64,000 bases of DNA, from contig JAHLWR010000007.1 in assembly GCA_019057815.1 (NCBI GenBank), positions 95,386 to 159,385 of the forward strand, read 5' to 3'. Each line of letters starts with the position of its first letter. Position 1 is the stretch's first letter. The stretch comes from Candidatus Heimdallarchaeota archaeon (GTDB taxonomy: Archaea > Asgardarchaeota > Heimdallarchaeia > Heimdallarchaeales > Heimdallarchaeaceae). The position numbers were made by a program, and so were the translations under genes. Of this stretch, positions 29,672 to 38,324 are shown one piece after another. The notes under the pieces were generated by a model. The model had not been told where the DNA came from and ran no database searches. It saw nothing but the letters and a program-made list of their open reading frames with translations.

Positions 29672-30727
29672 TTAATTCTTTCTCCTTCTAACTATCAATA
29701 TTAAGAAACCAATCACAGGAATAGCAAGCAAAGCTGACCAAGAAGCACTTACAGCATAACTAGCTGGATTTAAACCTACTAGTGGGTCATGTACCATTTT
29801 CAGTCCATCACCATAGTTAGGATAGACAAGTAGAATATTATGAACTTCTACACCAATGGTTCTACCATCTCCGATGTCTTTTTCAACACTGTAACTTGCT
29901 ACAGTTGCAGTACAATTAACCGTTTTCAGATAGTTATCTTCTGCATCATAGATATCTACTTCAGGTATCCAAGTGAAGTAACCTTGGATATTGTTTTTAT
30001 CATCGCTGAATTCTATACCATACCTTTCAGAATCATGAGTTCTGTTAGTTCTTCCTACTTCTGTTTCGTTTACACGATAACCTTCTTCTGGAGCGTTGAC
30101 ATGATTACCTTGTCTTACTCTGTGTCTATAATCAAGCTCATGAGCTTTTACTAGAAATATCAATCCTGTTGCTTCTGGAGAGAATATCCAATTATCAACA
30201 ATGATATCAAATTTTATTTCGTTTAAGGCTTGTTCGGAATAGTAGATAGTAGTACCATTTAGATCTCTTGTGACAACAGAATCTTCCAAATAAAGATGAT
30301 AAGCAAAAGATATTGTTGCACCATTTGCTAATGTAGATGAGGTAATTGTTGCATGGAGGGCGTTTGTAGTATTCTCTGTAGTTAAAGTCCAATCAATTAA
30401 TTCAGAATTAAGGCGGTATATCTTACCATCGACTTCATCTCTGCTATCAACTATTAAGTCATCACCAAAAAGTTCTGCAACAGCATAGAAACCAACGTGA
30501 AAAACAGGTATCCCCCTATTATTGCGGTTTGCGTTATTAAACCAGAAGAGCATATCAGGTCTTCCAGATGCAAGTTTTACAATTAAGTTAGAGGTTCGTA
30601 AAAAAACAGAACCTTCGCTTTGTTCAATTCTAGCTGCATCTTGAACGTCAGCTTGTACCGGAGGAACAATACTTAATACAACAACTAAAATCATTGAAGC
30701 GGTTAGTAATTCTCTTCTAAATTTCAA
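29672..30727 (-). CDS. Secreted beta-rich surface protein with C-terminal TM anchor
   Basis: Signal peptide, KFDIIVDNW and YP...HDP motifs, TM plus RRRK tail. GGTGA RBS before the TTG start. Confidence 0.75.
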   Translation of the reverse strand: MKFRRELLTASMILVVVLSIVPPVQADVQDAARIEQSEGSVFLRTSNLIVKLASGRPDMLFWFNNANRNNRGIPVFHVGFYAVAELFGDDLIVDSRDEVDGKIYRLNSELIDWTLTTENTTNALHATITSSTLANGATISFAYHLYLEDSVVTRDLNGTTIYYSEQALNEIKFDIIVDNWIFSPEATGLIFLVKAHELDYRHRVRQGNHVNAPEEGYRVNETEVGRTNRTHDSERYGIEFSDDKNNIQGYFTWIPEVDIYDAEDNYLKTVNCTATVASYSVEKDIGDGRTIGVEVHNILLVYPNYGDGLKMVHDPLVGLNPASYAVSASWSALLAIPVIGFLILIVRRRKN

Positions 30728-30767
30728 ATAATCACCATAATTAAGAAGGAGATGCTCTATTATGAAA

Positions 30768-30819
30768 GGTTATATTCAACCGTTGCATAACATTGCATAA
30801 TCGTTGTGAAACGTTTCAC
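30768..30819 (-). promoter_or_regulatory. TATA-like element with an upstream phased operator-like array
   Basis: AACCGTT (30778), AACATT (30789), AATCGTT (30799), AAACGTT (30809). TTGCATAA occurs twice. Perfect 14-bp palindrome GTGAAACGTTTCAC at 30806-30819. Confidence 0.5.
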
Positions 30820-31862
30820 TGAATCACTTCACTACCATCTTCAGTGAGGTAAACAACATAAGTTCTACCCCATTTTTCGCGTATTATTAAACCTCTCTCT
30901 TCCAGAGGAACAAGGTTTCGGCTTATTTTTGACTTCGAGAAACCTGTCACTTCACAAAGATCTTTTTGGGAGATTTTGCCTTGTTTCTCGTATATTAAAC
31001 GTATCAAAAATTTCTGGTTTTCTGTTAACAATGATTGACCTAGTTTACTCTTAGTCTTTTTCTCTCTATATCTTATCATCCAAGATGTCCCACTAATTCC
31101 AAGAAAGAAACCTATAATAGTTCCAAACATAAATATGTTGAAGTTATTTGAAAAAAACGTTGAGGGTTCTTCGATGATCAAGGGTTCATTAAATCTGACT
31201 ATGAAGAGGGGATTTGCGAACTCTGTTACATTACTTAATTCCCAAGTCAAAATTATTCTATTCTGCTTCACTTCATCGTCGGCATTAGTTGGGTAAATAG
31301 GAATTACGCTTTCTGTTTCCTCATGAACAAAACTATTTGCTGGCAATTGCACTGACATTGTGTATTTTAATGTGAAAAAACTAATTGTTGAGACGAACTC
31401 GAAAGAGTAGTATGACACTTCACTTGGTATTAAAGTTAGATCATAAAACAAATCATATCCCAATGTAAAAGTAGCAGAATCATCAGTTAGTAGGGAGAAC
31501 CGAAAATAAACTGTTACCTTATTACTGCTGTTAGTCACAGGAATCCAGTCAAAACTTAAACTCCCTTCAGCATCAGTAATTAATAATGAAGCTATTGATT
31601 GATTCACCCAAAGAGTGATAGATGATATTGGAATAATCTGAAGATTTTGAACTACAAATGTTTCTTTTACAATAATTACTGAAGTATCAAAAATATCTAC
31701 TTCAGTTAGATGAGAACGGATAAGTAAATCATCAGAATTTAGTGAAAAAACTCTTCCTGAGAAATCTATTTGGATTGCATTAGTAGACGTTACAGAGGTT
31801 ATTGTAAAAAGTATAGTTAATAATAAAACTATCTTTTTTTCGAAACATCTATGGAATCTCAA
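30816..31862 (-). CDS. Membrane-anchored winged-helix transcriptional regulator (ectodomain-TM-wHTH, COG2512-like)
   Basis: Signal peptide, beta-rich ectodomain, one TM, then LTENQK...GKISQKDL...GFSKSKISRNLVPLEERGLIIREKWGR. Confidence 0.85.
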   Translation of the reverse strand: MRFHRCFEKKIVLLLTILFTITSVTSTNAIQIDFSGRVFSLNSDDLLIRSHLTEVDIFDTSVIIVKETFVVQNLQIIPISSITLWVNQSIASLLITDAEGSLSFDWIPVTNSSNKVTVYFRFSLLTDDSATFTLGYDLFYDLTLIPSEVSYYSFEFVSTISFFTLKYTMSVQLPANSFVHEETESVIPIYPTNADDEVKQNRIILTWELSNVTEFANPLFIVRFNEPLIIEEPSTFFSNNFNIFMFGTIIGFFLGISGTSWMIRYREKKTKSKLGQSLLTENQKFLIRLIYEKQGKISQKDLCEVTGFSKSKISRNLVPLEERGLIIREKWGRTYVVYLTEDGSEVIQ

Positions 31863-32016
31863 GTTAGAAACGATTATTTATTCAAATAAATAAAACTTCC
31901 TTTTTAGATATATGAAAAAGAAGAAGTAAAGTTTTGATACATCATTAATTGACTGTTGGAAAATTAACAAAGCTTCTGCCATAAAGTATATATTATACTT
32001 GTTTTAGAAGAAAACC

Positions 32017-32565
32017 ATGGCTTTCAGCTATTATCTCGCACACGCGCTCTTAGCTATGATATTCGCTCAACCAATGTTTCAGACATGCTCTTTTGCTCAA
32101 ATCTGGGGAGGAGGTAAACCGATTGATGGAGGGAAGACATGGAAAGGAAAGAGAATTTTTGGAGATAATAAGACTTGGAAAGGTTTGATTGTTGGAACAA
32201 TAGCTGGAACTATAACGGGAATAGCAATAGGACTTATTTTCGACGGATGGTATTACTACTATGATTTCTTCCCCTTTGAGTATCCTCTTTACATTGGATT
32301 TGTGCTTTCAATAGGCACAAACATAGCTGACTTACTTGGATCATTTGTAAAAAGACAATTGAATATTGGATCAGGTGGAGCTTTCATACCTTGGGATCAA
32401 ATGGGATATATTATTATTGGAATCCTTCTAGCACTACCATTTCTATTTCCTATCGAGACAATTTTCTGGTTTTATTTTGGATTCCTTTCAATCTTTAACA
32501 TCTTCATGCACTTCTTTGTAAGCGCTATAGCCTACAAACTAGGAGTAAAGAAAACATGGTATTAG
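32017..32565 (+). CDS. carS: CDP-archaeol synthase
   Basis: GGGKPIDGG...RIFGDNKTWKG, DLLGSFVKRQL, DQ, C-terminal GVKKTW. Confidence 0.88.
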   Translation: MAFSYYLAHALLAMIFAQPMFQTCSFAQIWGGGKPIDGGKTWKGKRIFGDNKTWKGLIVGTIAGTITGIAIGLIFDGWYYYYDFFPFEYPLYIGFVLSIGTNIADLLGSFVKRQLNIGSGGAFIPWDQMGYIIIGILLALPFLFPIETIFWFYFGFLSIFNIFMHFFVSAIAYKLGVKKTWY

Positions 32566-33008
32566 TTCTCTATTTCTTGAGTATTAATTCCTGCTTGTTT
32601 CAAATGATGAACATCATGACCCCACATAGAATAGTAATCTAATAATCTCTTATCATCTTGGAAGTGATTTTCTAGTATTTCTTTGTAAATATTCAGTATT
32701 TTACTTCTTACTTGTTTAAACTTATCAATGGCTTCTTCCCGTGTTAAATTGCTATGTTCATCTAAAAATTGCTTATTTGTTTTATTAATATCTCCTTGAA
32801 AAAATTCATCCCATATGAAAGGCTTTCCTTTTATTATCTCCTTAGAATATCCTATCATCACTTCATCCCAACCTAGAAAATGGATAGCTAGCTCTCTTTT
32901 ACCCCAAGAATTAGGTAATTTTATGTCATGGGGAAGATCTAAAAACATCTGAGTTGTCTTTCTTAATTTTTCAATCCATTCTTTGGCTTTATTTTTCAGC
33001 TCTTGCAT
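32562..33008 (-). CDS. DinB/ClbS-DfsB-like four-helix-bundle protein
   Basis: WGKRELAIHFLGWD and C-terminal HDVHH pattern. Confidence 0.6.
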   Translation of the reverse strand: MQELKNKAKEWIEKLRKTTQMFLDLPHDIKLPNSWGKRELAIHFLGWDEVMIGYSKEIIKGKPFIWDEFFQGDINKTNKQFLDEHSNLTREEAIDKFKQVRSKILNIYKEILENHFQDDKRLLDYYSMWGHDVHHLKQAGINTQEIEN

Positions 33009-33086
33009 AACTTTTGTTTGATTCTCTAGAATTAAAGGTTTGTCAATAAACGGATAAAATTATTAAACTAGGAAATAGAAACTAGC

Positions 33087-33878
33087 GTGATAATAATGAC
33101 TATTCCGGATGATCATCCAAGAGCTGAATCTCTTAGAATGCGTGAACGATTAATTGAAGGTATGCACAAAAACATTGTAGCTGAAGCAGGATTAATTGCC
33201 CATGGTAGAGGAGAAGCTTTTGACTATTTATTAGGAGAAAAAACTTCAGAGTTAGCATTTACACAAGAACAAGTGGCTGTAGCCATGTTATTATCCGCAA
33301 AACATCCAGTAATAAGTGTTAATGGGAATGTTGCTGCGTTGTGTCCTCATGATATTGTTAAACTATCTGAAATCCTAGAAGCTCCTTTAGAAGTAAATCT
33401 CTTCTACAGAAGACCTGAGAGAGAAATAGCCATAAAAAAGATTTTAGTAGATAATGGAGCAAACACCATACTTGGATTAGAGAAAGAATTTCAAACAAAC
33501 ATCTCAGAAATTTCTCATTTAAGAAGAATCGTTGATCGAAGAGGAATCTATTTAGCTGATGTAGTTCTTGTCCCCTTAGAAGATGGAGATCGAACAATGG
33601 CTTTACACAAAATGGGTAAAAAGGTAATTACTATTGATTTGAACCCTCTTTCTAGAACGTCACTTTGGTCAAATGTAACTATTGTAAACAACTTAGTTAG
33701 AGCTATACCAGAAATGATGGATTTAGCAAAAAGTATGAAAACCATGGGAAAACAAGAGTTGGATGCAATAGTGACTAATTTTGATAATTTTCAAACAATA
33801 AGAAAGATGTTAAGCTTCTTTAATGAGCGGTTGAGCTTATTAGCTGAAGGGGATTTATTAGATCCAACAAAGGAGTGA
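33087..33878 (+). CDS. 4-phosphopantoate--beta-alanine ligase (archaeal phosphopantothenate synthetase)
   Basis: IPDDHPRAESL, GLIAHGRGEAFDYLLGE, SVNGN, VPLEDGDR, IDLNPLSRT. Confidence 0.95.
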   Translation: MIIMTIPDDHPRAESLRMRERLIEGMHKNIVAEAGLIAHGRGEAFDYLLGEKTSELAFTQEQVAVAMLLSAKHPVISVNGNVAALCPHDIVKLSEILEAPLEVNLFYRRPEREIAIKKILVDNGANTILGLEKEFQTNISEISHLRRIVDRRGIYLADVVLVPLEDGDRTMALHKMGKKVITIDLNPLSRTSLWSNVTIVNNLVRAIPEMMDLAKSMKTMGKQELDAIVTNFDNFQTIRKMLSFFNERLSLLAEGDLLDPTKE

Positions 33879-34696
33879 AGGTTGTTAAAATGAGAGATGA
33901 AAAAGTAACTGTTAAAACTTTTCAACAAATGAAGGATGAGAAAGAAAAGATAACTATGACAACAGCATATTCCTATCCTTTGGCTTGCATAATTGATGAA
34001 GTAGGAATTGACTCTATTCTTGTTGGTGATTCACTAGGAATGACGATTTTTGGTCATAAAAACACGTTAAAAGTCGTTTTAGAAGATAGTATAAGAATCA
34101 CTCAAGCTGTTTCTAGAGGGGTAAAGCGAGCTTTTCTGATCGGAGACTTACCATTTCTAACATATGGTATAAACGTCGAAGAGACAAAAAGGAACGCTGG
34201 ATTACTGGTAAAGAAAGGAGATTGTGAAGCAGTAAAACTTGAAGGGGGAAAAGAGCGTCTAGAAGAAGTTGAAGCCATCAAATCAATAGGTGTCCCAGTT
34301 CTAGGACATTTAGGATTAACACCGACATATCTAAACATCTTTGGGGGGTTTAAAGTACAAGGGAAAAAGCATGATGACGCTGAAATAATATTAAAAGATG
34401 CGAAACTCTTAGAAGAAGCAGGTGTTTTTGCAATAGTTCTTGAGTCTATTCCTTGGAAGCTAGCTCAGCAAATAACTGAGGAATTGTCAATTCCGACTAT
34501 TGGTATAGGAGCAGGAGAATTCTGTGATGGACAAGTTTTAGTAATTGACGATATCCTGGGATTGAATATACAGTTTAAACCAAAGTTCGCAAAACAATAT
34601 ACAAATTTGCATGAATCCGTGAAAAAAGCAGTAAAAGAATACTCAGATGAAGTAAAATCAAGTAAATTCCCTTCAGAAGAGTATAGATATGACTAA
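33875..34696 (+). CDS. panB: 3-methyl-2-oxobutanoate hydroxymethyltransferase
   Basis: ILVGDSLGM, DLPF, VKLEGG, GHLGLTP, IGIGAG, DGQVLV. Confidence 0.96.
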   Translation: MKVVKMRDEKVTVKTFQQMKDEKEKITMTTAYSYPLACIIDEVGIDSILVGDSLGMTIFGHKNTLKVVLEDSIRITQAVSRGVKRAFLIGDLPFLTYGINVEETKRNAGLLVKKGDCEAVKLEGGKERLEEVEAIKSIGVPVLGHLGLTPTYLNIFGGFKVQGKKHDDAEIILKDAKLLEEAGVFAIVLESIPWKLAQQITEELSIPTIGIGAGEFCDGQVLVIDDILGLNIQFKPKFAKQYTNLHESVKKAVKEYSDEVKSSKFPSEEYRYD

Positions 34697-34886
34697 TTTG
34701 CTTTGATTATTGTTTTTTCACATATCTTCTCTTTCTTCAAACCCTCTATATTCTTAATATCTAAATCTTTTATATAAAGAATAAAAACGCCATTTCCTAA
34801 CATTATCTGCCCTTTAAGAAAGACCCTATCCTCCGTTTGATTATAAAAATCAATTATATCTCTTGATGCAAGTTTACTCTTCACTG
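34693..34886 (-). pseudogene. Displaced 3' end of pantoate kinase (orphan copy)
   Basis: SKLASRDIIDFYNQT...FLKGQIMLGNGVFILY...KKEKIC aligns with the C-terminus of ORF 35683-36582. Confidence 0.85.
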
Positions 34887-34932
34887 TATATTAAATAGAT
34901 TAAAGAAGGATATTAATAGGAAAAGTTAAATC

Positions 34933-34944
34933 TATGTATACATA
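34933..34944. promoter_or_regulatory. Palindromic operator upstream of the antitoxin
   Basis: Perfect palindrome TATGTATACATA between a TTAAA box and the ATG, the usual position for TA autorepression. Confidence 0.5.
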
Positions 34945-34961
34945 ATATATAGCTGGTATAT

Positions 34962-35183
34962 ATGGGTTACAAAACGTTAAGTGTAAGTGATGAGATTTAC
35001 GATCTTCTTTGCTCTATAAAGGATGCAAATGAATCATTTAATGATTTATTCAAGAAGCTCATTAAAGGTAATGGTTCTTGTATTATGAAGTTTTATGGCA
35101 AAATAACTGAAGACACTACAGAACTTGATAAAATCATGCGTAAAATAGAAGAAACTAGATCTATGGAAGAAGAAAGGATGTGA
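34962..35183 (+). CDS. vapB: VapB-family antitoxin (archaeal DUF217/RHH-like)
   Basis: KTLSVSDEIYDLL...ESFNDLFKKLI. Overlaps the downstream PIN gene. Confidence 0.85.
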   Translation: MGYKTLSVSDEIYDLLCSIKDANESFNDLFKKLIKGNGSCIMKFYGKITEDTTELDKIMRKIEETRSMEEERM

Positions 35184-35581
35184 TATTGATTCATTCTTTA
35201 CATCTTGATACAAATATTGTAATTAAATTCTTAAAGGGAGAACTAGAAGAAAGCACCATTAAACAAAAATTCGAAAAAAATATAATAATGATAAGCTCTC
35301 TTGTTGAATACGAGTTAAGATTGGGTCAGAATTTGACCTCAAATAGAAATAATAAACGAATTCTAGAAGAATTCTTAGATTCAGTAATTATATTACCAGT
35401 TACATCAGAAATTGTTATGAAAGCAAGTAAGATTCAAGCAAAGAGAATAAAAAAGGGAAAGAAACTTCCTTTTATTGATTTGCTAATAGGAACAACTGCA
35501 ATAGTATATAATTCAAACCTTTATAGTTATGATGAAGATATGAAGGATTTGGTAGAATTCGGACTTGAGCTAGTTTCATGA
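35180..35581 (+). CDS. vapC: VapC PIN-domain toxin
   Basis: LDTNIVI, EYEL, DLLIGTTA, YSYDED acidic PIN tetrad. Confidence 0.9.
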   Translation: MILIHSLHLDTNIVIKFLKGELEESTIKQKFEKNIIMISSLVEYELRLGQNLTSNRNNKRILEEFLDSVIILPVTSEIVMKASKIQAKRIKKGKKLPFIDLLIGTTAIVYNSNLYSYDEDMKDLVEFGLELVS

Positions 35582-35682
35582 GAAAAACTTTTTAAGTTTA
35601 TTCAAGTTTAGTGAGAAATCAAATTAAAAACTCAGCTGCATTACATGATAATAAATTGGAATTATTTTCAATAATCAAGAAA

Positions 35683-36582
35683 CTAGGTTCTTTTATTACA
35701 TTTTTTCACTACTGTTTTTTTACATATTTTTTCTTTTTTTAGGTTCTTAATGTACTTGATATCTAAATCGTTCTTATATAGAATAAATATTCCATTGCCT
35801 AGCATGATTTGTCCTTTAAGAAAACTCTCTTCTTCTGTTTGATTATAAAAATCAATTATATCTCTTGATGCAAGTTTACTATTCACTGAAAATTCATACG
35901 ATTGTTTTGCAAAATTTTCCACAGTTGGTTTTTTAATAAAATTTGATAAACACTCTTTTCCTGCAAGATTAACTCTATTTTTCCACTGTTTATTTCTTAT
36001 TATGGAACTTGTTTTTAATTCTCCAAATGATATTGTTGCTATCTTATATGTATCATCTAATATCATTGATGCTGTTTCACCTATGGTTGGAGCTCCCTCT
36101 TTCAATCTATATTCCCACCCACCAGCATATAGAGCAATAACATCACCTAGACCACTACTTTCAGAAATCTCAGTCTTATGAGCTATACCAAATATCTCAT
36201 CCTTTCTTAAATTTAAGTCCAACAATTCATTTAGTGCATATGCTGTTCCTAATGCCCCTGATGCACTGGATCCATAGCCTGATGACATAGGAATTTCAAA
36301 AATATGATTTATTGTTATTCCAAAATCAATCTGACTTCTTTTTTGCATAATCTCCAATACTTGACATAGAACAGAATTTGTCACTCTAGCTCCCTCCAAA
36401 GAATGCTCTTGACCATTAAAGAAAATGTGATGTTTATGGTCGTCTGCGAAGTTAACTTCAGTGTATACTCCTCTCGAAAGAGAGAATCCAGCTCCTCTTG
36501 ACCCTTTGAATAAAGGATTAATATGTTCATCGTGAATTGAAAAAAAGCCTGTAATATGAGAAGCAACCCAGTATTTTACCAT
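35683..36582 (-). CDS. Pantoate kinase (GHMP family)
   Basis: SHITGFF, GSRGAG, PMSSGYGSSASGAL, AHKTEI...SGLGDV, GAP. Located in the CoA cluster. Confidence 0.93.
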   Translation of the reverse strand: MVKYWVASHITGFFSIHDEHINPLFKGSRGAGFSLSRGVYTEVNFADDHKHHIFFNGQEHSLEGARVTNSVLCQVLEIMQKRSQIDFGITINHIFEIPMSSGYGSSASGALGTAYALNELLDLNLRKDEIFGIAHKTEISESSGLGDVIALYAGGWEYRLKEGAPTIGETASMILDDTYKIATISFGELKTSSIIRNKQWKNRVNLAGKECLSNFIKKPTVENFAKQSYEFSVNSKLASRDIIDFYNQTEEESFLKGQIMLGNGIFILYKNDLDIKYIKNLKKEKICKKTVVKKCNKRT

Positions 36583-36592
36583 TTGGAATCAC

Positions 36593-37627
36593 TTAGGACA
36601 GTTTTCTTAAATCTAATATTGCTAACTCTTTAGGGTATTTCTCCTCAGTTAATTTTTTAACTATTTCCGTTAATTGGAAGTTTAGAGGAACTTTCACTTC
36701 TTGAGACGCAGCTATTACTACAATTACTCCATTTAATGAGTCGATCTCTGTTTTTCTTCCATTTTCTACATCCTGAAGCATAGAGCATTTATGATTTGCT
36801 GATTGTTGAATTATTTGTTCAATTAAACCAAAAGCTTCATCAAAATCAATAGAAATATTTTCAGGAAGAATCATCAGAATTTCTTCAACTACCTTCTTCA
36901 TCAAAGAATTAAGAAAAAGGTCAGCTAAAATCTCTCCGTTTTTCAAATGTGTTATAGCACCAAGAGGGCAAATAGAGCAGTTAACAATAGCTTTCAACCA
37001 AATTTCTCGATTGATGTTTTTTGAAGCGGTTACTGGGATACCAACAGCAGTAAGAAGACTTATCCAAATATTGCTTCTGCTTGTCTTATCATTAATTCTC
37101 CCCACTTTTGTGAAACCAGTATTAATTTCAATAGCTCCATTTTTCTCATTTCGAGCAGCTGCTATTGTAGTAATAGCTCTAAAGATTTTCCATTTTTTTG
37201 ATTTCTGTAGAAAAGGATCTTCAACTTTTAGTCCATTTTGGAAAAGTAAAATTGATGCATTATCAGATAAGTGCGAAAAAAGTTCATCTATAACTTGCTC
37301 ATTTATCCAAGATTTAGTAGTTACAATACATGTATCAAAAACATATTTTTCAGGTAAAATATCATAAACCTCACATTCATGTAGCTGAGGATTTAAATCT
37401 TCAATTAATTTAACCCTAAGGCCTTTTTCTCTTATCTTGTCTGTTCCTGTTTTTGAAGTTAGACCAACAACTTGATAGTAATTTCGTGTCAATCTAGAAA
37501 AAATGATTGAACCAATAGCACCTAAACCAACTAGAAGAATGGGTTTATTCTTCTTCATAAGAAGGAATCTCCAGTTGTAGCATAAAAAGCTTTTTTCTTT
37601 TTCCTTCATTATGTACTTAATCTTCAA
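36593..37627 (-). CDS. panE: 2-dehydropantoate 2-reductase (probable start ATG 37558)
   Basis: VGLGAIG, TTKS, FQNG, WLKAIVN, SMLQD...GRKTEIDSLNG. Confidence 0.92.
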   Translation of the reverse strand: MKIKYIMKEKEKSFLCYNWRFLLMKKNKPILLVGLGAIGSIIFSRLTRNYYQVVGLTSKTGTDKIREKGLRVKLIEDLNPQLHECEVYDILPEKYVFDTCIVTTKSWINEQVIDELFSHLSDNASILLFQNGLKVEDPFLQKSKKWKIFRAITTIAAARNEKNGAIEINTGFTKVGRINDKTSRSNIWISLLTAVGIPVTASKNINREIWLKAIVNCSICPLGAITHLKNGEILADLFLNSLMKKVVEEILMILPENISIDFDEAFGLIEQIIQQSANHKCSMLQDVENGRKTEIDSLNGVIVVIAASQEVKVPLNFQLTEIVKKLTEEKYPKELAILDLRKLS

Positions 37628-37696
37628 ATATAAAAAAAACTGCTTTTCGCTGATTATTGAAAGAAAGAAAGAAAGAAAAAAGGGAAGGATAATTCT

Positions 37697-38188
37697 TTAC
37701 TCTTCTCTTTTGATATGGTGATCGAAATTGAAATCGTTTTTATAACCTTTGAACTTATCAATAAGAGTTGAAGCATTATCTTCTTCTTCTACTTGTTCTG
37801 CCAAAAACCACATAATCAGCTGATTCGAGCTATATTCTTTGAGTTCTTTAACTAGTTCATGCAATTCAACGATTTTACTTGTAATATATTTCTCATGTTT
37901 ATAGGTCGCTTCTAGAATTTCCATAATATTTTCCCAATCTTGCTTTTGTTCAGCAAGAGCATAATAATGAACATGACCACCTCTTTCTATGATGTGGTCC
38001 TTGAATTTCATAGCATGTTCAAATTCTTCTTTTGCTTGCATTTCAAACCATGTAGCAAGATTGTCTAAAGATTTTTCTTGGAACCATTCAGCCATACCAA
38101 GATAAATATAGGCAGACTCGAGTTCTTCTTTTATTTGATTGTTTAAAGCTTCATTTAATTTTTCGCTAATTTTTGCCATTAAAAACAT
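37697..38188 (-). CDS. ftnA: Non-heme ferritin
   Basis: LNNQIKEE..SAYIY, EEFEHAMK, HE..IT, WFLAEQVEEE ferroxidase residues. Confidence 0.92.
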   Translation of the reverse strand: MFLMAKISEKLNEALNNQIKEELESAYIYLGMAEWFQEKSLDNLATWFEMQAKEEFEHAMKFKDHIIERGGHVHYYALAEQKQDWENIMEILEATYKHEKYITSKIVELHELVKELKEYSSNQLIMWFLAEQVEEEDNASTLIDKFKGYKNDFNFDHHIKREE

Positions 38189-38324
38189 CTCTTTATTAAG
38201 TTTTCAATTATATTAGTGATGTTCAATTTAAAAATGGTTCTTTTGGTCAAAAAATCATTTAGGTGTGGTAGTGATGTTTGCACACACGGTGACAATAGAA
38301 TAGGTTTATTTTAGTTTAAAGGAA

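Larger units (their letters stand above)
34835..35888. mobile_element. About 1-kb integrated islet carrying vapBC, bounded by 52-bp direct repeats inside pantoate kinase sequence
   Basis: Repeat at 34835-34886 and 35837-35888, 51/52 identical, 1002 bp apart. Confidence 0.75.

Noticed and set aside
34693-34884. 63-aa ORF as an independent small gene
   Set aside because: It is the displaced 3' fragment of pantoate kinase and lacks the catalytic domains.
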